The translations under genes were made by a program, and so were the position numbers. A stretch of DNA of 63,663 nucleotides, counting the filler. It is 13 parts of 13 records of this genome, joined end to end, with 100 filler letters (N's around TTAATTAATTAA, not from the genome) between each part and the next. Parts side by side here need not be neighbours in the genome. Positions count along the whole stretch, not along the records: positions 56,328 to 60,398 come from SRR15195285_3831; positions 60,499 to 63,663 come from SRR15195285_3835; 11 more parts are not named here. One strand, 5' to 3'. The notes beneath the pieces are model-generated. The model worked only from the letters and a program-made list of their open reading frames with translations. It did no database searches and was not told where the DNA came from. Below, piece after piece: positions 57,425 to 63,663 of the stretch; the stretch's first letter is position 1; every line of letters starts with the position of its first letter.

Positions 57425-60398
57425 TCAGAGTCCTGCCGAAGCCTTCTTCTTCTTCTGCTCCTCTTCCATTTCTTCAGAGATAGGCTCCCGCATCTCCTGC
57501 TCGATACGCGCCGCAGCGTCCGCTGCGTCCGCTGCGTCCGCTACCGCAGCTAGCCCCGGCTCGTCCGCAGCTGGGGAAGACTCGACAGCCGCAGCAGCTG
57601 CTGCCTTCTCGACGGCGGCAGCTTCTTCCATCTCCTCAGCCTTCGCGTTGCAAACCCAACATACAGGCAGACCATTGCGTCAGAGTCTAAAACACTGACG
57701 GAAGGACAGCTGGTCGCGTGCGGCATCGGCCTGCCTGCCTCACCATTTTGTCTTCAATCTTTGCTTGCTCTGTCATGTGCGTGTCGATCACACGCTCGAT
57801 GTCCTGCTTCGAGAAGTAGCCATCATTGTCGGTGTCGAGCGCTGGAAACCAAACGACAGGCGCATGGTGAGCGAGTGTTAAGCTTGAGACGCGTCAAATA
57901 TGCAGCGCGCAACCAGCAATGCCGATTGAGTGGGCGCACCTTTCAAGGTCTGTTCGAGCACTGACGGGTCGACTTTTTCACGCAGAGCGGTTAGGCCCTT
58001 CAGCAGTTCATTCGTCGACATCTTGCCCGTCGTCTGCTCAGCAATGCACGCATATAATGAATCAGCACTTCTCGCGATACTAAAATCAGAGCGGCCACGT
58101 CTCTGTACATACCAGGTTAAGATTTGGAACCATCCCTGTGATGTCCTTGTCCACAGCATCAATCTCCTTCTCGAGTGAAGAGATCCAGGAGTCCATTTTC
58201 AGCAGCCGCTGATGGTAAGAGCACATTCACACAAAGTCAGATACATCATTGGCCGACACAGTAGACGTAGGGGCTGATCGCCAAAGCGCAGAAAGCGTGA
58301 CTGTGACGGCGAGGTGGTGCCACCATCCGCCTACTTACGCTATCAGTCGGCTCCTCGCGGATCACCGTATCCTTCAGGGTGATGGTGGGCGTGCGGTGCG
58401 GGGAGAGGCGATTGACCATATCACGCAGCTCCTGCAGATGCTGCTTCTCCTCCGTCACGACAGACCCAGTGGACAGCAAGTCGAGCAGCTTGGTCATGTC
58501 CTCTGCCTGGCGGCGGCGCTCTTCATTTTCTTTGCGCAGAGCTGTGTCGGATGACCAATTTGCACGCACAGGAGGGGTGAGGGGCAATTGGCCGGAGGGA
58601 CACAGGCACGATCGCGCTGAGGAGTGGGATGGCGTGCAGGCAGCACAGCATAGCGTAGCAAAGGACTGCCCCGTAGGCACAACGGACCTTCCAGTTCTTC
58701 GAACACATGCTCTGCCTGGTCAAGGGTCAGGCTCTCTCGCCCGTCGAGCGAGATCTTTGCTTCCTCTTCGTCTTCCTCGTCAAGGTCCTGCTCACCTGAA
58801 GCCGCAGCCAGATCGTCCGCGGACGCTTTGTCTTGTGTGGTTTCCTCCGGCGTGGTGGCCTTCGCGGTCTCTGTCGCTTCGGCCTGGACGGACGCCGGAA
58901 TCTCCGTGGCCGGTACAGCTGCCTCCGCGGCCGCCGTAGCCGTAGCCGCCCCACCAACAGTCTCTGCGTCCTCAACAGTCGACGCGGCGGCACTTGCTTC
59001 CTCACCTTCAAGCGCTGTGTCTTGCTCCTCTTCTTTGGCCTGCTGTTTCTTCTTGTTCTTCTTCTTTTCCTCCTTCTTTTTGCGCTTGATCTCGTCCTTC
59101 TGTTCCTCGAGCTCGTCGTCTTCCATACGCAGCTCTTCCATCACCAGCTTCTCCTGCTCCTTCAGCAACTCCAGCTTGCGCTCGCGCGAGATCTTGTCGC
59201 CGACCTCCTCCTCGATCAATTCGTCGACGACAGACTCAGGGAGTGTCGTCACGGCCAGCTCGATCTGCTGGGCCTGCTGCGTGGCCGACCGACGATCGTA
59301 GCTGGCCACTTCCGCCGCACGAGAGAACAGCAATAATGACGTCGGGAGGTCCTTCCGCGTCGACAACTCCAGCCACTCGCCCAGCATTCTCCGCGCTTCG
59401 AACACAGATTTGTCCGTCCGAATTCCACGCAGCCCGCAGGCCTCGGACACCTCTTCCTCAGAGAGGCTGTCTATCCCTTCCCAGAAGATTTCTTTGTCGT
59501 CGTTCTGGATCTGCCGCATGCGTCGGCGCAGCAGGAAGCGTACGTGCACGTCCGGCCCGAACGGACCATCGATGTGCAGGAACGAACACATCGCAATGAG
59601 CTGGGGGCGCGGCAGGTTGTCCAGCAGAAACTCATCCTTGAAATGCTTGGCGATGCTGAAGATGAGCTCGTTCGGGACGGGCTGGCCAGCGCGGAGGCGC
59701 GCGATGAAGTCCGAGAGGTCCATCTTGTCCTTGTTGCGCTCCTGCAGATGCTTGGCGTCGCGCTCCAGGCAGTCAGCCAGGAACTTGGCAGAGTCTACCA
59801 GCGCACCGAGGCGGCGCTTCTTCTGATCGGACCGCTGTCCCTCGGACTTGAACGTCGATGGCATCATGTTGGGGAACAGCCAGAGGGCAGCGGGCAGAAA
59901 GATCTCCATGGCAGGGATGATGATGAAGAACGAGAACGGGATGAGCCGCAGGAGGTCCGTGATCACGCGCTGCAGCAGCGAGCGCTCGCGCCGGCTGATC
60001 GAGCGGCCCTGCAGCATCCGGCCGATGATGCGGCTGGCAATGCGCGTCTCCGCCGCAAGCAGCTTGCAGCCAGTCCAGGTGTGGTTGGCCACGCCCTTCA
60101 CCGCCTTCCATACTCTCTTGGGGAACGCGGCGACGGCCCGCGGATTGTCCCGAACCTCTAGGGCCACGTTCTTGCCCCAGGCTGCGATCCGTGCCGGAAG
60201 TTTCCGCACCGTCGCCGCCTGCTTCTTTTCCTCTCGGACGGCGACCGCAAGCTTGCTGACGCTGCTCAGCTCCTTCACAGCAGGCACCTTGGCGCTCTCC
60301 TTCTCTTTACTGTCGTCGTCCCAGGCCGCAGGCGTCGCATGCAAGCCGCGCCGAGGAACGACCGGCCAGCCACCGCTGCCGCCGCCGCCGCCGCCGCC
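57425..60398 (-). CDS. LETM1: LETM1/Mdm38-family mitochondrial inner-membrane protein with C-terminal EF-hand; 5'-partial, multi-exon
   Basis: DLLRLIPFSFFIIIP..LFPNMMPSTF, LDNLPRPQL, DDKEIFWEGIDSLS..ACGLRG, WLELS. EF loop DTDNDGYFSKQD after splicing. Confidence 0.92.
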
Positions 60399-60874
60399 NN
60401 NNNNNNNNNNNNNNNNNNNNNNNNNNNNNNNNNNNNNNNNNNTTAATTAATTAANNNNNNNNNNNNNNNNNNNNNNNNNNNNNNNNNNNNNNNNNNNNAA
60501 AGCTTTCCCATACCAAGTTTCAGCTTCTAAATCCTACTGGTCGAGTCAGGAGACTTCCACCACAACTTTCCTGGCGCTAGCAAGTGACCGACCCTGTACA
60601 TGTATACTGTATGCGTTTCACTGAGGCAGGTTCTATCGCCGGAGTATATTGAAAGCGCTAATCCTACGGTACCGCCCATCCGCCCCCGTGGTACGTGTAC
60701 ACTAGATCTAGTAGCTGTACACCACATGTTTGGAAGCGCCGGGTTCCCGCGGCGAGCCGGCGCCCGCCGAGCGGCGCGCGCGCGGACCCCTGCCGGTGCG
60801 CTAACGGTCCGCGGTGCCGTGGGCTGAGGCTCCAGCCGCCGCGGCGGGGTTTAGCATAGGTATACGCGTGAGTT

Positions 60875-62068
60875 ATGCCGGACTTCTGCGTGCAAGTGGG
60901 CACTTCGCTGCCGCGGGGCAAAGTCAAGGCCAACCGGGCTGCCCGTCGTTCGCGGGGCCCTGGCAGCAGCAGCGAGAAGGCTGCAGGCGCAGGAGGTCCC
61001 TCACCGTCACCGGCGGCGGCTGAAGCTTTGAAGGCGGCTGCGTACCACGGGTCGTCGCAGGCAACGGGCGATCTATCGGCGCCCAAGAGCCTGCAGCCAA
61101 TCGCTGGGTCGCGCGAGCAACGCAAGAAGGCCCGAGCTGCGAGATTCCCTCGCGTGGTCGTCGCTGACACTGTGACTGACTACCGCCGAGTCATACCACT
61201 GCTCGTCGACCCGGCTGACATCGTGCTGGAAGTCGGCTGCTGCAGCGGCGCGACAACGAACGTCTTGTTTGATCACTGCGCGTGCGCTGTCGGTGCGTTG
61301 CGACAACACTGTTCCGCTGTAGCGCACTTACCGTCGGGTGCACAGCCATTACGTAAACGACGTCCATCTACGGTTGTGCGTGTGTTGACATATGCGCAGG
61401 TGTTGACCTCAGCGACACCGAGCTGACAAAGGCTCGGGCGCGCTTTCCGCAGATTGAATTTCATCTTATAGGTACGCACAGCCATTGCATACATACCCGC
61501 CACCACGGAGTTTTATCACCACCAGGGACCAGACTGTTCACGGCGGTCCACGGTGGTGTTGCGCTGTGGGCGGCTCGTAGATGCCTTTGACATTGCAGCG
61601 CTCAAAGCACTGCGCGCTAAGCACCGCTTCAACAAGATTTTCTTGGATATCAACGGCAGCCGTGATGTTTCTGCAATTACAAAACTCATTTCGATCTACG
61701 CTGATGGCTGGGAGGACTCAAACGCGACGGGTGCAATTGACACGATAGTTGTTAAGAACTGGCGCATGGCAAACCTGCTGCGTAGTACACAGATGACGGC
61801 CGAGCTGCTCGGTAGTGCTCAGTGTCGCAGCTGTGGGCACTGTGCTACCGTAGAGACGACGGACTCCACAGAGTCTGCAGAGCTTCAGGTCGAAGCGGCA
61901 GCGATAGAACAGCTGGAATCAGGACAGACCTCAAAGGATGCGGACATGGGCGCCATGCTTGATGCGGCAAGCAGTGGAGGAGATGCGACGCCAGCACCGC
62001 TGATCGCAGTGGCGGGACTGCTGCTTGGGTTAGCTCTGGGGTGCGTAGCCGGGCGAAAATTCAGATAA
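60875..62068 (+). CDS. Class I SAM-dependent methyltransferase-like protein with C-terminal TM anchor (3 exons, start uncertain)
   Basis: Motif I VLEVGCCSG. Spliced G|VDLSDTEL and D|AFD. C-terminal LIAVAGLLLGLALGCVAGRKFR. Confidence 0.7.
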
Positions 62069-62196
62069 TGTGAGCCACGCAGGCTAGGATTCAGCACATA
62101 CAATTCATACAACCGGTTCTGGTATATTGTAAATCATGCGCTACCAGCACCTCTGATACCGCAACCCAACTAGCGAGCGCGGACAAGAAGGGTCAC

Positions 62197-63414
62197 TCAG
62201 CTCGCGAGCTCGCTGGTAAACATATCCACCCACCGCTGCAGCGCTCGTTGATCTGAAATACTTGTGTTTGGATCTCTGACCCAGTCCATAAACTCTTGCT
62301 TGCTCAGCCTTCCGTCCTTGTTGCGATCGCCTTCCATGATGGCTGCAGTGAAGTCGGATATTGTCTCCGCACAATCTGCCTCTTGTGCCGCGGATAAAGA
62401 AGGCACGCCCCCAGAAGGAAGTAGACTCAAGACATCCGCCCAATCGTCGTCATTTTCGTTGACATCGTAGTCTTTAGCAGGTCCTCATCCTCCAGCTCAT
62501 TGCAGGCTTCAGCAGCAAGATTTCCGTTCCAATGATATAGGATAACAACATCGCCTGCAGATCTTCTGGTACCAAGTAACCATCGCCGTTCACGTCGTGA
62601 ACGTCAAACGCGGGGGACAGTCTTTGTTCCTTCGTCCCCGTGCTGTTTCGGACCAGCCGTTGACGACGTCGCCGCGGGGTTGACAAGGTCCTGTTGGCGG
62701 ACAAACCCATATGCGTCGCCCTGCGCAGCACCCTGTGAATCCCTCAGCAGCCTGTCAGTCCGTGTGACAGCTGCCATTCCCTCCTTGTTATGCACGTCCC
62801 AGCGCACCGATCGAGCACGCATCTTCTTCTTTCGCCGAACTTTTGCGTCCAGTTCCGACTGTTTGTTCGCAGATAACTCAGCCTGCTGTTTGGCTTCCAG
62901 CTCATCCAGACGCTGCATCATTGCTCGAGCTCGCGCAACCACCGCAGGCTCTACACTGGACACATAGCTACCACCGCGGCCCGCAACCTGATACTCGACA
63001 CCTCCCGCAAGCTGAAGAACGTGCGCGAAGGAGCTGCGGGCGTCTGTGTACCGTTTCAGACCATATTCGGTGACACCACGCTGCAGCCATCCGAGATCAC
63101 AGCCTGGGTCTGCTGCCACAGCGTCCCGGTCAGCACACAGCGCTGCGTTCAGGTCGCCGAGCTTGTGAAGCCGCGTAGAAAGCAAGACTCGCCGCTGACA
63201 GATCACACCGTGGCAGTGATGCAGCGGAGGCCTCGTTGCTGGCCGTGCTGGACGCGAGCGCAGCTTCTTTGTGTTCGCTGCGATCACGTCGAGGTATGTT
63301 TTGCGCTGCCGAGCCGACTCCGGGCTCACAAGATCGTCCAGCAACTCCAGCAGCTCTGCGTCTTCATCAGCGATCTCGTCATCGAGCTTCAGGCGGTTCA
63401 GGTTCCAGTCCATC
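62197..63414 (-). pseudogene. TPR plus recoverin/calcineurin-B-like EF-hand gene broken by frameshifts
   Basis: TPR GWLQRG..KRYTDARSSFAHVL. GTKEQRL..AFDVHDVNGDGYL and DRNKDGRLSKQEF require about three frame changes with no usable GT-AG introns. Confidence 0.55.
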
Positions 63415-63663
63415 GCATTAGGACCGTCGGACCGCTCGGCCACCCTGGTTGGTCGGTGAGCAGAACCTTGACGCGGCTCCGATGCTTCCAGCTGATCCGT
63501 CGTCCCGTACTCCCGGCTGCACCGTCACCAGAGGGAATCACATTGACTGCAGCGATGAGACGCGACACGCAAAGAGCTGACGCAGTGCACTCACAGATCG
63601 ACTGGGAGAGGGACAGCATCAGCATCGCCAAGCATCGTATGCGCGTCACAGGATCAATCACAC

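Noticed and set aside
1181-60450. Long antisense ORFs (e.g. 1181-1684, 15576-16283, 35071-36138, 55192-55821, 59848-60450)
   Set aside because: Shadows of GC3-rich genes on the opposite strand, Ser/Ala-rich with no motifs.
3497-60498. Regularly recurring TTAATTAATTAA flanked by Ns, as a possible repeat array or recombination site
   Set aside because: Identical 100-nt synthetic spacer between contigs. It also invalidates any operon or cluster spanning contigs.

Overview
The window is not one locus. It is 13 short, unlinked contigs joined by artificial 100-nt spacers (N44-TTAATTAATTAA-N44). The DNA is from a GC-rich, compact, intron-containing eukaryote, most likely an uncultured protist. It uses the standard genetic code, with mostly 75-210 nt GT-AG introns, often GTGCGT/GTAAGT donors and CTGAC-like branch sites. 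About 22 genes can be read, several only after manual splicing (e.g. Hsp10, NCKX, LETM1, a GT32-lectin). The most notable observations are: (1) a 3,081-bp contig with identical 30-nt ends that forms a stop-free in-frame circle, suggesting a collapsed giant tandem-repeat cNMP/Ca2+ sensor protein; (2) a single ~7.6-kb ORF encoding an NLR-like Ank-TIR-DUF4062-NACHT-LRR protein with NPCBM and SAM domains integrated in the LRR; (3) a cyclic-nucleotide-binding-domain channel with no selectivity-filter loop; (4) a membrane-anchored S41 pseudo-peptidase with an inserted MRH-like lectin; (5) repeated fusion of EF-hands to membrane proteins; and (6) shared TA-rich perfect palindromes upstream of genes on unlinked contigs. 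All domain calls come from motif recognition by eye, not from database searches.
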